Shown one piece after another: positions 9,228 through 19,690 of a stretch of DNA of 64,000 bases. This DNA is from Promethearchaeota archaeon (lineage in GTDB: Archaea; Asgardarchaeota; Lokiarchaeia; Sigyniarchaeales; SOKP01): contig JAHPZI010000007.1 in assembly GCA_019058295.1 (NCBI GenBank), positions 32,001 through 96,000 of the forward strand, in the 5' to 3' direction. The notes under the pieces are model-generated. The model ran no database searches. It was not told the DNA's origin and was given only the letters and a program-made list of their open reading frames with translations. Made by a program: the position numbers and the translations under genes. Within the stretch, counting starts at the first letter, position 1; each line of letters begins with the position of its first letter.

Positions 9228-10520
9228 GTGAAAAATATAACTGAATCAAAGTCAGGATCAAAAAAAGAATTAGAACGTAAAAAATTATTTTCTGATGCAT
9301 TTAAATATTTAGACAAAGTTTATGAACCAAATTTAAGAAATATTTTGAAAAGATGTTATCAGTGTGGCCGCTGTAGCGGTGTTTGTCAAGTAAGTAAAGT
9401 TCAAAAATTTACTCCAAGTAAAATTATTCAATTAATATTAGAAGGTTTTGAAGATAGAGTAATTGAAAGTGGTGTCTTATGGGATTGTTTAACTTGTAAT
9501 CAATGTCTGAAAGATTGTCCAGAACAAATAAATTTTGCAGATCTTGTACGAATGGCCAGATACAAAATGAGACATGAAGCAGATCAAAATCCTAGTGAGA
9601 TGGTTGCTCATAAAGGGATCTACACTACAATATCTGAACTAATGAGTCGCCCTTATATCGAGCCAGATAGAAATCTTGATTGGATACCTAAAGAATGTAA
9701 AATCACAGATAAGGGAGATACTTTATATTATGTTGGATGTATACCCTATTTTAATTTTGAATTTGAGAATTTAGATAATATCGCATCAAGTACATTAAAA
9801 ATAATGTGTCAATTAGAAGAAGAACCTATTGTAGTTTTTAAAGAAGAAAGTTGTTGTGGACATGATTTATATTGGGGTCAAGGGAAAATAAAAACATTTA
9901 TTAAACTAGCAATGAAAAATATTGAAATGTTCGAAAAAGCAGGAATATCTACAATTGTGACTGCATGTGCTGAGTGTTATAGAACATTTAAAATAGATTA
10001 TCCTAATATATTTGACGATTTTAATGAAAAATTTAAAGTAAAGCATTTAATTGAATATGTGTATGAAAAATGGAAACAGAATAAAATTGCTTTTAAAAAT
10101 CCTAATGAAGATGATAAAGTAATACCTTTTACTTATCATGATCCATGTAGATTAAGCAGATTCTTACCAAATGATAATAATATAACAGAAAAGGTTCGAG
10201 AAATTTTTAAAGAATTTAAAAAATTAGGCTATGAATTTAATGAAATGTTGCATAATAAAGAAAATTCTCTATGTTGCGGAGTTAGTTCTTGGATGAATTG
10301 CAATGAGAAAACTAAAGCGCTGCGATATAAACGTATGTTAGAAGCAAAAGAAGCTGGTGAGATTATGGTTACATCTTGTCCAAAATGCAATATACATCTA
10401 AGTTGCATTCAAAATGATTTTGAGAATATCGCTTCAATTAAAATTATGGATTTTTCTGAATTTTTAGTTGATCATATCGAAGTAATAAAAGACGAAGATA
10501 ATTTGGAGGGAAAGGTGTAG
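9228..10520 (+). CDS. HdrD/GlpC-like Fe-S oxidoreductase (2x[4Fe-4S] plus two CCG domains)
   Basis: CYQCGRCSGVC, CLTCNQCLKDCP, SCCG, TACAEC, YHDPCRL, LCCG, TSCPKC. Confidence 0.9.
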   Translation: MKNITESKSGSKKELERKKLFSDAFKYLDKVYEPNLRNILKRCYQCGRCSGVCQVSKVQKFTPSKIIQLILEGFEDRVIESGVLWDCLTCNQCLKDCPEQINFADLVRMARYKMRHEADQNPSEMVAHKGIYTTISELMSRPYIEPDRNLDWIPKECKITDKGDTLYYVGCIPYFNFEFENLDNIASSTLKIMCQLEEEPIVVFKEESCCGHDLYWGQGKIKTFIKLAMKNIEMFEKAGISTIVTACAECYRTFKIDYPNIFDDFNEKFKVKHLIEYVYEKWKQNKIAFKNPNEDDKVIPFTYHDPCRLSRFLPNDNNITEKVREIFKEFKKLGYEFNEMLHNKENSLCCGVSSWMNCNEKTKALRYKRMLEAKEAGEIMVTSCPKCNIHLSCIQNDFENIASIKIMDFSEFLVDHIEVIKDEDNLEGKV

Positions 10521-13500
10521 TGGAAGGCTCTGTTTTAGTAATTGGGGGTGGTATTGCTGGCATACAAACTTCATTAGATCTCACCGAATTGGGTTTTAAA
10601 GTTTATTTAGTAGAAAGATCACCCTCAATAGGAGGACGTATGTCACAGTTAGATAAGACATTTCCCACTAATGATTGCAGTTTATGTATTCTTGCTCCTA
10701 AAATGGTTGAAGTCTTCAGAAATCCAAATATTGAATTAATGACATATCACGAAGTAAAAAAGGTTACTGGTAAAACTGGTAATTTTCAAGTGACAGTTCT
10801 TAAAAAACCTCGATATATTGATGAGACAAAATGCAAGGGATGTGGTGATTGTGCATCTAAATGCCCAAAAATCGAAGTTCCTAATGCTTTCGATATGAAT
10901 TTAGGAAAAAGAAAATCAGTATATATACCATTTCCTCAAGCTGTACCCCCTATTTATTTAATAGATCCTGAATTATGTCTAAAGCTTACTAAAGGGGTTT
11001 GTGGTGTTTGTGAAAAAGTTTGTCAAGCTGAAGCAATTGTTTATGACCAAAAACCAAAAGAAATTTCAATAAATGTTGGAGCAATTGTTGTAGCTACTGG
11101 ATTTGATATGCCTGCTGAAGAATTATCTTCAAGATGGGGCTATAAATATAAAAATGTTGTAAGTGCTCTTGAATATGAAAGAATCCTATGTGCATCGGGG
11201 CCATTTGAAGGCCATGTTTTAAGGCCGAGTGATGAATCAGAACCAGAAAAAATAGCTTTCATCCAATGTGCCGGTTCTAGGGATTTACATGAAAATGTCC
11301 CATATTGTTCAAGTGTATGTTGTATGTATACTGCAAAAGAAGCAATAATTACTAAGGAACACTCAGATAATTCAAATTGTTTTGTATTTAGGCATGATAT
11401 TAGAGCTTATGGTAAAAATTTTTATGAATTTACTCAAAGGGCTCAAGATGAATATGGGGTTAAATATTTTCAAACAAAAATTAGTAAAATCGAAGAAGAT
11501 AAGGAAACTAATGATTTAATTATCCATTATGAGGATTTAAAATCAGGAAAATTCAATGATTTTCGAGCAAATTTAGTAGTATTAGCTACACCATTAGTTC
11601 CTTCGAAAGGTACAATAGATTTGGCTGAAATTTTGGATATAGAATTAGATCATTACGATTTCTTTAAAGAAAACTCATATTTTAATAAATCTTTATCATC
11701 AAGCGAGGGTATTTTCTTGTGTGGTTTTTGTCAGGGACCAATGGACATACCCGAAACTGTAGCTGATGCAAGTGGAGTTGCTTCTCAAATAGCTGCTTTA
11801 TTAAATTCAGTAAAATATACTGAAACAAAAGAAAAAGTTTTAGAAATACCTGAAATGGAAGTTAAAATATCAGATGAGCCACGAATAGGAGTATTAGTAT
11901 GTCATTGCGGTATTAATATAGGTAAATACGTTGATGTTTCTGAAGTTGTAAATTATCTTAAAACATTACCTTATGTTATTCACAGTGAAGCTAATTTATA
12001 TTCATGTTCCAGTGATTCTCAAGCAAGGATAAAGGAATTAATTAAGGAACATAATTTAAACAGATTTATTGTAGCATCATGTACACCAAGAACTCATGAA
12101 GCATTATTTCAAGAAACATGTCAAGAAGCTGGATTAAATAAATACTTATTTGAAATGGTTAATATCAGAGATCAATGCTCATGGGTTCATATGGGAGATA
12201 ACAAAGCTGCTACTGAGAAAGCTAAGGATTTAATTAGGATGGCAGTTGCGAAAGCACGCTTATTAAAACCATTACCAGAAGCGAAATTGGATATTATACC
12301 CACTACTCTTATTATTGGAGGAGGTGTCTCTGGAATGACTGCTGCATTAAATATAGCTTCTCAGGGATTTAAAGCATATATTATTGAAAAAGAAAATAAG
12401 CTAGGAGGAAATTTAAACAATCTTAATATTTTATATCCAATTCAAGAAGAGGCTTCATTATTTTTGAATGATATCAAGGATAAGGTTAATAACAATAAAA
12501 ATATCCAAATTTTCTTCAATTCTAAAATCAAGAATATTAAAGGTTATATCGGTAATTATGATGTTTCAATTATCGATTCAGAAAATAAAACTTATGATCT
12601 AAAAATTGGAACTATAATTGTCGCCACAGGAGCTCAAGAATTAAAGCCTGATGGAATTTTTCTATATGATAGAAAAAATAGAAATATTATAACTCAATTA
12701 GATTTAGAACAAAAACTAAAAGATAAAGATAAATCATGGTTAGATAATATAAACCGCATAACAACAATTCTATGTGTTAACGCAAGACAAAAAGAAGGAA
12801 TTACTTATTGCTCTAACGTCTGTTGTGGTGTTAGCATTAAAAATATTAATATATTAAAAGAATTGAAACCTGAGCTCGAAATTATTGTTCTTTATAGAGA
12901 TTTCCAAATGGCCAAAAAAGATTTTGAAGAATATTATCGTGAACGTAGAAAAGATGCTGTGTTTTTAAGATATGATTTGGATAATTTACCTAAAATTAAT
13001 AAAACAAATGATAAAATTGAAAAATATAATATAAAGGTATTTGATACTAACTTACAGGACGAGATTGAATTCGAAACAGATTTAATAATTTTATCTACTC
13101 CAATGATCCCAGCGGATAACTTGGAGGAATTGGCAAAAATGCTTAAAGTTCCATTAGATAAAAACGGTTTCTTTTTAGAGGCTCACGTTAAATTAAGACC
13201 TTTAGATTTTGCAACAGATGGAATCTTTTTAGCAGGATGCGCACAATGGCCAAAAAATATTCAAGATTCGATTTCTCAAGCTAATGGTGCTGCGGGGAGA
13301 GCAAGTAGGTTTTTAAGTGCTAAAACAATAACAACCTCAGGTTTAATCGCTGAAGTGAATCCCGAAAGATGTATTGGATGTGGAAAATGTGAATCCGTTT
13401 GCCCTTATAATGCAATAGAAATTAAAGAAGCATCAATGGACTTTGAGGATGTCAGTTTAGTTTTGAAAAAGTCATTCATAAATTCAGCATTATGTAAAGG

Positions 13501-13606
13501 ATGTGGAACTTGTGCTGCTACTTGCCCGAATGGAGCAATTTCAGTGAAACATTACGATTTTGATCAAATTTATGCAATGATTGAATCATATTTATTGGAA
13601 AGATAA
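10520..13606 (+). CDS. hdrA: Large HdrA-like flavoprotein (two FAD modules, internal HdrA N-terminal-type domain), all-Cys
   Basis: GGGIAG and GGGVSG FAD motifs, DKTFPTNDCSLCILAPK, RIGVLVCHCGINI...ASCTPRTHE, EAHVKLRP, terminal ferredoxin. Confidence 0.92.
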   Translation: MEGSVLVIGGGIAGIQTSLDLTELGFKVYLVERSPSIGGRMSQLDKTFPTNDCSLCILAPKMVEVFRNPNIELMTYHEVKKVTGKTGNFQVTVLKKPRYIDETKCKGCGDCASKCPKIEVPNAFDMNLGKRKSVYIPFPQAVPPIYLIDPELCLKLTKGVCGVCEKVCQAEAIVYDQKPKEISINVGAIVVATGFDMPAEELSSRWGYKYKNVVSALEYERILCASGPFEGHVLRPSDESEPEKIAFIQCAGSRDLHENVPYCSSVCCMYTAKEAIITKEHSDNSNCFVFRHDIRAYGKNFYEFTQRAQDEYGVKYFQTKISKIEEDKETNDLIIHYEDLKSGKFNDFRANLVVLATPLVPSKGTIDLAEILDIELDHYDFFKENSYFNKSLSSSEGIFLCGFCQGPMDIPETVADASGVASQIAALLNSVKYTETKEKVLEIPEMEVKISDEPRIGVLVCHCGINIGKYVDVSEVVNYLKTLPYVIHSEANLYSCSSDSQARIKELIKEHNLNRFIVASCTPRTHEALFQETCQEAGLNKYLFEMVNIRDQCSWVHMGDNKAATEKAKDLIRMAVAKARLLKPLPEAKLDIIPTTLIIGGGVSGMTAALNIASQGFKAYIIEKENKLGGNLNNLNILYPIQEEASLFLNDIKDKVNNNKNIQIFFNSKIKNIKGYIGNYDVSIIDSENKTYDLKIGTIIVATGAQELKPDGIFLYDRKNRNIITQLDLEQKLKDKDKSWLDNINRITTILCVNARQKEGITYCSNVCCGVSIKNINILKELKPELEIIVLYRDFQMAKKDFEEYYRERRKDAVFLRYDLDNLPKINKTNDKIEKYNIKVFDTNLQDEIEFETDLIILSTPMIPADNLEELAKMLKVPLDKNGFFLEAHVKLRPLDFATDGIFLAGCAQWPKNIQDSISQANGAAGRASRFLSAKTITTSGLIAEVNPERCIGCGKCESVCPYNAIEIKEASMDFEDVSLVLKKSFINSALCKGCGTCAATCPNGAISVKHYDFDQIYAMIESYLLER

Positions 13607-13633
13607 ACATTAAATTAGAATATATAATTAAAA

Positions 13634-14071
13634 ATGTCAAAAACAAAAAGAAAAGTTAAGAAAAAAGATTTTAATCCGGAAATTTTAGTTTTTTGTTGTA
13701 ATTGGTGCTCTTATGCAGGAGCAGATCTAGCAGGAGTTTCAAGATTCCAATATCCTCCTAATATGAGAATTGTTCGTGTTATGTGTTCAGGAAGAGTTGA
13801 TCCCTCATTTGTATTAAAAGCTTTAAAAGAAGGAGCTGATGGTGTTCTTATTACTGGATGCCATATAGGTGATTGTCATTATATCAGTGGTAATGAATAC
13901 ACTCGAGATAGATTTCAAAAACTTCATCAATTTATTATAAAACAACTGGGAATAAATGGAAAACGTGTAAGATTAGAATGGGTAAGTGCCTCTGAGGGAA
14001 AGCGATTTGCTGAATTAATCACTGAATTTACTAATCAAATAAAAGAATTAGGCCCATTTAAAGTTCTTTAA
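13634..14071 (+). CDS. mvhD: MvhD hydrogenase iron-sulfur subunit (Cys form)
   Basis: FCCNWCSYAGADLAG, RVMCSGRVD, GCHIGDCHY, WVSASEG. Confidence 0.95.
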   Translation: MSKTKRKVKKKDFNPEILVFCCNWCSYAGADLAGVSRFQYPPNMRIVRVMCSGRVDPSFVLKALKEGADGVLITGCHIGDCHYISGNEYTRDRFQKLHQFIIKQLGINGKRVRLEWVSASEGKRFAELITEFTNQIKELGPFKVL

Positions 14072-14173
14072 AGAAATTTATATAGTATTTTGTACAAATT
14101 AGTTTTCAGATGATATAAGAAAAAAACTTGTGTTTTCTTCGTTTTCTTCTTTCAACCTTGACAAAAATTAATT

Positions 14174-14340
14174 GATCATTTACTATCCTTTTTATTTGAG
14201 AAACTTCATTCTTATATGATCCATATTAATAACTCAAAAAATTGATTTTGACTGATCTCGATAAAGGTTTTTCACTCAAATGATGGATATGCAAAAAATA
14301 TTTAGAGGTTTTGATCGATTCTGATCAAAATATTTATATA
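14174..14340 (+). promoter_or_regulatory. GATC-N6-GATC operator-like array followed by a TATA box, upstream of the third hdrA
   Basis: GATC-ATTTAC-TATC 14174-14187, GATT-TTGACT-GATC 14244-14257, perfect inverted repeat TTTTGATC-GATTCT-GATCAAAA 14309-14330 directly followed by TATTTATATA 14331-14340; AGGAGG RBS 14435-14440. Confidence 0.55.
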
Positions 14341-14450
14341 CATTATTTTACTTATTTATTGATTATAAAATAGAGTCTTGACCAATGTGTCTTATATATC
14401 ATTTGACATAGGTTTAAAATTTCTATTCTTTATTAGGAGGTTAATTAAAA

Positions 14451-17216
14451 TTGGAAGGTTCCGTATTAGTTATTGGTGGTGGGATTGCTGGCATTCAGAC
14501 CTCATTGGATCTAACTGAACTAGGATTTAAAGTATATTTAGTTGAAAGAGAACCATCACTTGGAGGTCATATGGCGCAACTAGATAAATTATATCCTCAA
14601 GATGATTGTAGTTTATGTATGCTTGCTCCTAAAATGGTCGCTGTATATAAAAATCCCAATATTGAAATATTGACATTATCTAATGTGCAAAAAGTTTCTG
14701 GAAAAGCTGGAAATTTCACTGTAAGTATTATTAAAAATCCACGCTACATTGATGAAACAAAATGTAGAGGATGTGGAGATTGTGCCGCTAAATGTCCTAA
14801 AATTGAAGCTCCTAATGCTTTTGATATGAATTTCGGTAAACGTAAATCGATATATATTCCATTTCCTCAAGCAACTCCTCCTGTATATTTAATTGATCCT
14901 AAATTATGTCTTTATTTAAATAGAGACATATGTGGTGTATGTAATAAAGTTTGTAAAGCTGGAGCGATTGAATTTGAACAAAAGTCTCAGGAAATTACAT
15001 TAAATGTTGGAGCGATTGTAGTTGCTACTGGATTTGATATTTTAGGTGATAAATTAGCACCGATTTGGGGTTATCAATATAAGAATGTAATTAATGCTTT
15101 AGAGTATGAAAGAATTTTATGCCCCACTGGACCATTTGGTGGGTTTGTTTTGCGACCAAGTGATGAACAAGAACCTGAAAAAATTGCTTTTATTCAATGT
15201 GCTGGTTCCGGTTATTTGAAGGGAAATGTACCATATTGTTCCCATGTATGTTGTTTATATACTGCAAAACAAGCAAAGCTGACAAAAATTTACGCTGAGA
15301 ATTCTCAAGTTTTTGTATTTAGGCATAATATTAGAGTTTATGGAAGAGAATTTTATGAATATACTAAAAAGATTCAGAAAGATTATGATATTAAGTATTT
15401 TCATTCCAAAATAAACAATATTGAAGAAGATTCTGAAACCAATGATTTAATTATCCACTATGTTGATTTAAAAGATGAAAAATTAATCGATAAAGATTTT
15501 CGAGCAAATATGGTTGTTTTAGCCTCTCCAGTTGTTCCTGCTAAAGGCACAGAAAAATTAGCAAAATTATTAGGAATAAAATTAGGGAGATATAGTTTTT
15601 TTAAATCAAATTCCTATTTTAACACCTCTCAATCTACACGAGAAGGAGTTTATTTATGTGGAGCAAATCATGGACCAATTAATATCTCCCAAAGTGTTTC
15701 TGAAGCTAGCGCTGTGGCCTCTCAGGTTGCTATCCTCTTAAATTCAGCTAAATACTCTAAGATTACTGAAAAAGAAGTCGATATATTACCCGATGAGAGT
15801 ATTATCAAGATGACGCCTCATGCGTTGATAATTGGTGGTGGGGTCTCTGGTATGACTGCTGCCTTGAATATTAGCGAGCAAGGTTTTGAAACAAGCATTA
15901 TAGAAAAAGAAGAAAGATTAGGAGGGAATTTAAATGATATAAATATTTTATATCCATCTCATCAAGAAGCCTCAGAATTTTTAAATGAAATAGAAAATAA
16001 GGTCAGAAATAATAAAAACATTCAAGTTTTCTTAAATTCTAAAGTAAAAGAGATAAATGGTTCCCTCGGTAATTATAGAGTTTTAATTTTCGATTCTAAA
16101 AATAATACTCATGAATTAAAAGTTGGAACCATTATTGTTGCAACTGGAAGTCAAGAATTTAAACCACATGGATTATTTCAATATGAGAAAAAAAATAAGA
16201 ACGTTATAATACAAAAAGATTTAGAAAAATTGCTTAAAAGTAAAGATACATCTTGGCTTGATAAAATAAATCATGTAACTACGATTTTATGTGTGAATGC
16301 TCGACAAAAAGGTGGGTATTCATATTGCTCAAATATTTGTTGTGGTACTTCAATAAAAAATATCAATATTTTGAATAAAGTAAAACCAAATCTAGATTTT
16401 GTTGTACTCTTCCGAGATCTTCATGTCGCGAAAAAAGAATTTGAAGAATTTTTTAGTAAGAGAAAAGAAATTGCAAATTATTTAAGATATGATCCAGAAA
16501 ATATCCCTGAAATTACTAAAATTCAGGATAATCCAGAAAGATACGAAATAAAATTATACAACGAGAGAAACACAAATGAATACATAAAATTCAAAACTGA
16601 CCTCATTGTGTTATCAACTCCTATGATACCTAATGATGATAATGAAGAATTAGCCCAAATGCTTAAGATTCCTTTAGATGATAATAGTTTTTTTATCGAA
16701 GCGCATGCTAAATTAAGACCCTTGGATTTTTCCGCACATGGAGTTTTCATATGTGGTAGTGCATTATGGCCTAAAAATGTACAAGAATCTATAGCAGAAG
16801 CAAATGGAGCAGCGGGAAGGGCAAGTAGATTCTTAAGTTTAAAGGAGATTTCAACTACAAAATTAGAATTACTCTCATTTCTGCTTTCTATCCAATGTTT
16901 TTTTAAGGATATGATTGTAAACAATGAAAGATGTAATGGATGCGGAAGATGTGTGGAAGTCTGTCAATTTAAAGCGATAACATTAACAGATTTAAAACAA
17001 GAATTCGAGGATGTAACAGTGCCGGCTAAAAAGGCATATATTAATCCTGCCTTATGTAAAGGGTGTGGAAGATGTGCTGCCACGTGTAGGATAAAAGCGA
17101 TTGATCCCCTACATTATGACTTTAATCAAATCAAATCTATAATTGATCCTTACTTCTTAGAAAAAGTGAAAAGTGAGGAAATGGAAGAAAAAACTGAATT
17201 ACTGATGATTGATTAA
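14451..17216 (+). CDS. hdrA: HdrA-like flavoprotein, close paralog of 10520-13606 lacking the internal domain
   Basis: N-terminus MEGSVLVIGGGIAGIQTSLDLTELGFKVYLVER identical to 10520; two FAD modules; ferredoxin motifs. Confidence 0.9.
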   Translation: MEGSVLVIGGGIAGIQTSLDLTELGFKVYLVEREPSLGGHMAQLDKLYPQDDCSLCMLAPKMVAVYKNPNIEILTLSNVQKVSGKAGNFTVSIIKNPRYIDETKCRGCGDCAAKCPKIEAPNAFDMNFGKRKSIYIPFPQATPPVYLIDPKLCLYLNRDICGVCNKVCKAGAIEFEQKSQEITLNVGAIVVATGFDILGDKLAPIWGYQYKNVINALEYERILCPTGPFGGFVLRPSDEQEPEKIAFIQCAGSGYLKGNVPYCSHVCCLYTAKQAKLTKIYAENSQVFVFRHNIRVYGREFYEYTKKIQKDYDIKYFHSKINNIEEDSETNDLIIHYVDLKDEKLIDKDFRANMVVLASPVVPAKGTEKLAKLLGIKLGRYSFFKSNSYFNTSQSTREGVYLCGANHGPINISQSVSEASAVASQVAILLNSAKYSKITEKEVDILPDESIIKMTPHALIIGGGVSGMTAALNISEQGFETSIIEKEERLGGNLNDINILYPSHQEASEFLNEIENKVRNNKNIQVFLNSKVKEINGSLGNYRVLIFDSKNNTHELKVGTIIVATGSQEFKPHGLFQYEKKNKNVIIQKDLEKLLKSKDTSWLDKINHVTTILCVNARQKGGYSYCSNICCGTSIKNINILNKVKPNLDFVVLFRDLHVAKKEFEEFFSKRKEIANYLRYDPENIPEITKIQDNPERYEIKLYNERNTNEYIKFKTDLIVLSTPMIPNDDNEELAQMLKIPLDDNSFFIEAHAKLRPLDFSAHGVFICGSALWPKNVQESIAEANGAAGRASRFLSLKEISTTKLELLSFLLSIQCFFKDMIVNNERCNGCGRCVEVCQFKAITLTDLKQEFEDVTVPAKKAYINPALCKGCGRCAATCRIKAIDPLHYDFNQIKSIIDPYFLEKVKSEEMEEKTELLMID

Positions 17217-17391
17217 AATTTAATTTATTTTCTTTAAATCAGTTTTTCTTCTGATATTTTTTTTCTTTGGCTATCTAACAATAAGTTTGAGTAATATTCG
17301 ATGGTCTTTTAACATCAAAATTTATTATTGTTTTATTATTTAAAACACTAATTCAAATTAATTTAATAACCTCATAAAAAAATGAAAAAAG

Positions 17392-18228
17392 GTGATTAAA
17401 ATCTCTGAAGTAAAAAAATTCGAGCATATTAAAATAGATTGGGTTGAAGATGGAAATTACGCTGTAATAAGTATAAACCGTCCTGATAAATTGAACGCAC
17501 TTCAAAATATGACGCTCAAGGAAATTGCAGAAGCTTTAGAAACATTAGCAGTGGATCCAAAAGCTCGGTGTGTAGTTTTACGGGGCACTAAGGATTTTAC
17601 TAAAAAACCTGCTTTCTCAGCTGGCGCTGATCTCTCTTCTCGTAGCGGCTCTGACTTGGACCAACGTAATTTAAGGCATCAAAGTCATGCAATGTATAGG
17701 AGACATAAATATTACGATTTAATTGAAGAATTTCCAAAACCTTTAATAGCTGCTGTTGATGGATATGCCTTAGGGGGAGGGTTTGAATTAGTATTAGTAT
17801 GTGATATCGTTATTGCATCGAAACGATCAACATTCGGATTTCCTGAAATTCAAAGAGGTATTTTTGCTGCGAATGGAGGCACACAACGATTAATTAGACA
17901 TATTGGCAAATATAGAACAAAGAAATTGATGTTTTTTGGGGCGCATTTTACTGCAAAAGAAATCTATGATTGGGGTATTGTCGCTTTTTTAGTAGATGAC
18001 GATAAATTTGAGGATATTTTACACGAAAAAGCATCTTGGTTAGGAAATGCTGCTACAAATAGTTTATTTGTAATTAAAAAGTGTGTCGATTATGGAACTC
18101 AAGTACCATTAAATGTCGGACTTCAATTCGAACAATTTGGTTATGCTGTAAATTCCCAGTCAAAGGATGTCATTGAAGGAGTAACTGCCTTTCTCCAAAA
18201 GAGGACTCCTAAATTTAAAGGTAAATAA
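17392..18228 (+). CDS. Enoyl-CoA hydratase/isomerase
   Basis: NRPDKLNAL, FSAGADL, GYALGGGFEL, FGFPE, GGTQRL. Confidence 0.93.
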   Translation: MIKISEVKKFEHIKIDWVEDGNYAVISINRPDKLNALQNMTLKEIAEALETLAVDPKARCVVLRGTKDFTKKPAFSAGADLSSRSGSDLDQRNLRHQSHAMYRRHKYYDLIEEFPKPLIAAVDGYALGGGFELVLVCDIVIASKRSTFGFPEIQRGIFAANGGTQRLIRHIGKYRTKKLMFFGAHFTAKEIYDWGIVAFLVDDDKFEDILHEKASWLGNAATNSLFVIKKCVDYGTQVPLNVGLQFEQFGYAVNSQSKDVIEGVTAFLQKRTPKFKGK

Positions 18229-18300
18229 GATTAAATACTCAATCTATAATTTACTTTTTTTTTATTATTATTTTCTAATGAAATCTTTTTAGTATGTATA

Positions 18301-19398
18301 TTAAGTCAATAAAGTCCATGCAATTTTATTTTCTTCAAACATTTGTTTGTTAATTTCAACACCTAATCCAGGTTTTTCTAAGGCTGAAACGAATCCCTTT
18401 TCAACCTTTATAGGTTCTTCGAGAAATTGAAATTGTTCTGGGTAATATGGGAATTCGCATATTTCGCATCTTGAAGCCATAATGAAATGTAAATTTGCAG
18501 CTATAGTATGGCCATAACCAAAAATATGAGGTATGCATCGAACGCCTTTCACTTCTGACATAGCATCAATTTTTTTGAGTTCGATAAAGCCTCCGCTACG
18601 TGTTACATCTGGTTGAATAATATCATAGCACCCTCTCGTTAATATATCTTCGAATCGGAAAATTCCCATGTCATTTTCTCCACCTGCAATTTCAATTGGA
18701 GATTTCTCTCTTAATCGAGCAAGACCATTTAGATTATCACTAGGTAAAGGTTCTTCCAGCCAAGTAAGGTCGTATTTATCGCAAATTCTTGCTACTTTTA
18801 GTGCATCGCTTACTGAAGTATATCCCGAATTAACATCAACCATTATTTCTATGTCTGGAAATGTATCTCTTACGGCTTTTATAAGCATTTCATCCTTTTT
18901 GATTCCTTGTCCTATTCTTAACTTAACAGCAGTAAATCCTCCTGTTTGAACTGCACTTTGTACAGCTCCAACTGCAGCCTTAGGTTTATAAACTTTAAAT
19001 AACGAAGCGTAAGCGCGAACTTTTTGTTTTCGAGCCCCTAATAGTTTATATATTGGTTGTTTTGTAATCTTGCCTATAATATCCCATAATGCAACTTGCA
19101 CAGCACTAGTTGATTGCGGTATTCCAAACATAATTCTATTTGACATATGATATATATCATTATAGATATCGTCTGTCAAAAAAGGATCTCTATTTATTAA
19201 AAATTTCTTCAATGCTTCATCTATAAATTGCTTTTGAGCCATATTTGATAAATTCCAATGAGATAGAGCCCAACCATCAATACCCTCGTCTGTTATGATT
19301 TGAATATATAAGCCAGATGCTTTGAAACGTGGCATTGATCCAATTTTTATCTTAAAGTCAGGTTGAATCACATGTGTTTTAACATCTGTAATTATCAT
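18301..19398 (-). CDS. Mandelate racemase/muconate-lactonizing enzyme family (enolase superfamily)
   Basis: ALWDIIGK, KLRIG, MVDVN, WLEEP, GGEN, QPDVTRSGG, KPGLG. Confidence 0.92.
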   Translation of the reverse strand: MIITDVKTHVIQPDFKIKIGSMPRFKASGLYIQIITDEGIDGWALSHWNLSNMAQKQFIDEALKKFLINRDPFLTDDIYNDIYHMSNRIMFGIPQSTSAVQVALWDIIGKITKQPIYKLLGARKQKVRAYASLFKVYKPKAAVGAVQSAVQTGGFTAVKLRIGQGIKKDEMLIKAVRDTFPDIEIMVDVNSGYTSVSDALKVARICDKYDLTWLEEPLPSDNLNGLARLREKSPIEIAGGENDMGIFRFEDILTRGCYDIIQPDVTRSGGFIELKKIDAMSEVKGVRCIPHIFGYGHTIAANLHFIMASRCEICEFPYYPEQFQFLEEPIKVEKGFVSALEKPGLGVEINKQMFEENKIAWTLLT

Positions 19399-19690
19399 AA
19401 TTTATATCCTCTATCATTTTTTATTAATTTAATTCTTTTAATTATAAAATCTTATAATTGTACGATATCTTAATTTTATTAAAACTTGGATCCGGCAGAA
19501 TTACTACCTTCTAAAGAGTTTATAGCACCAACTTCGAATTTAAAATCAAGCTTTCATTTGTATTTTTTGAATTCTATAATTTTCATAAAAATCAAATTAG
19601 AAGTGTTTAAATTAATCATCTTTATTATTAGTATAGCTGTTTAGAAAAAAAATATTTCAATCTCTTTTTAAAATCACTGTATATAAGCGT

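Noticed and set aside
19479-19586. Minus-strand 35-codon ORF with an in-frame UGA (MKIIEFKKYK-U-KLDF...)
   Set aside because: No redox motif, no recognisable family and no SECIS-like element; expected by chance.
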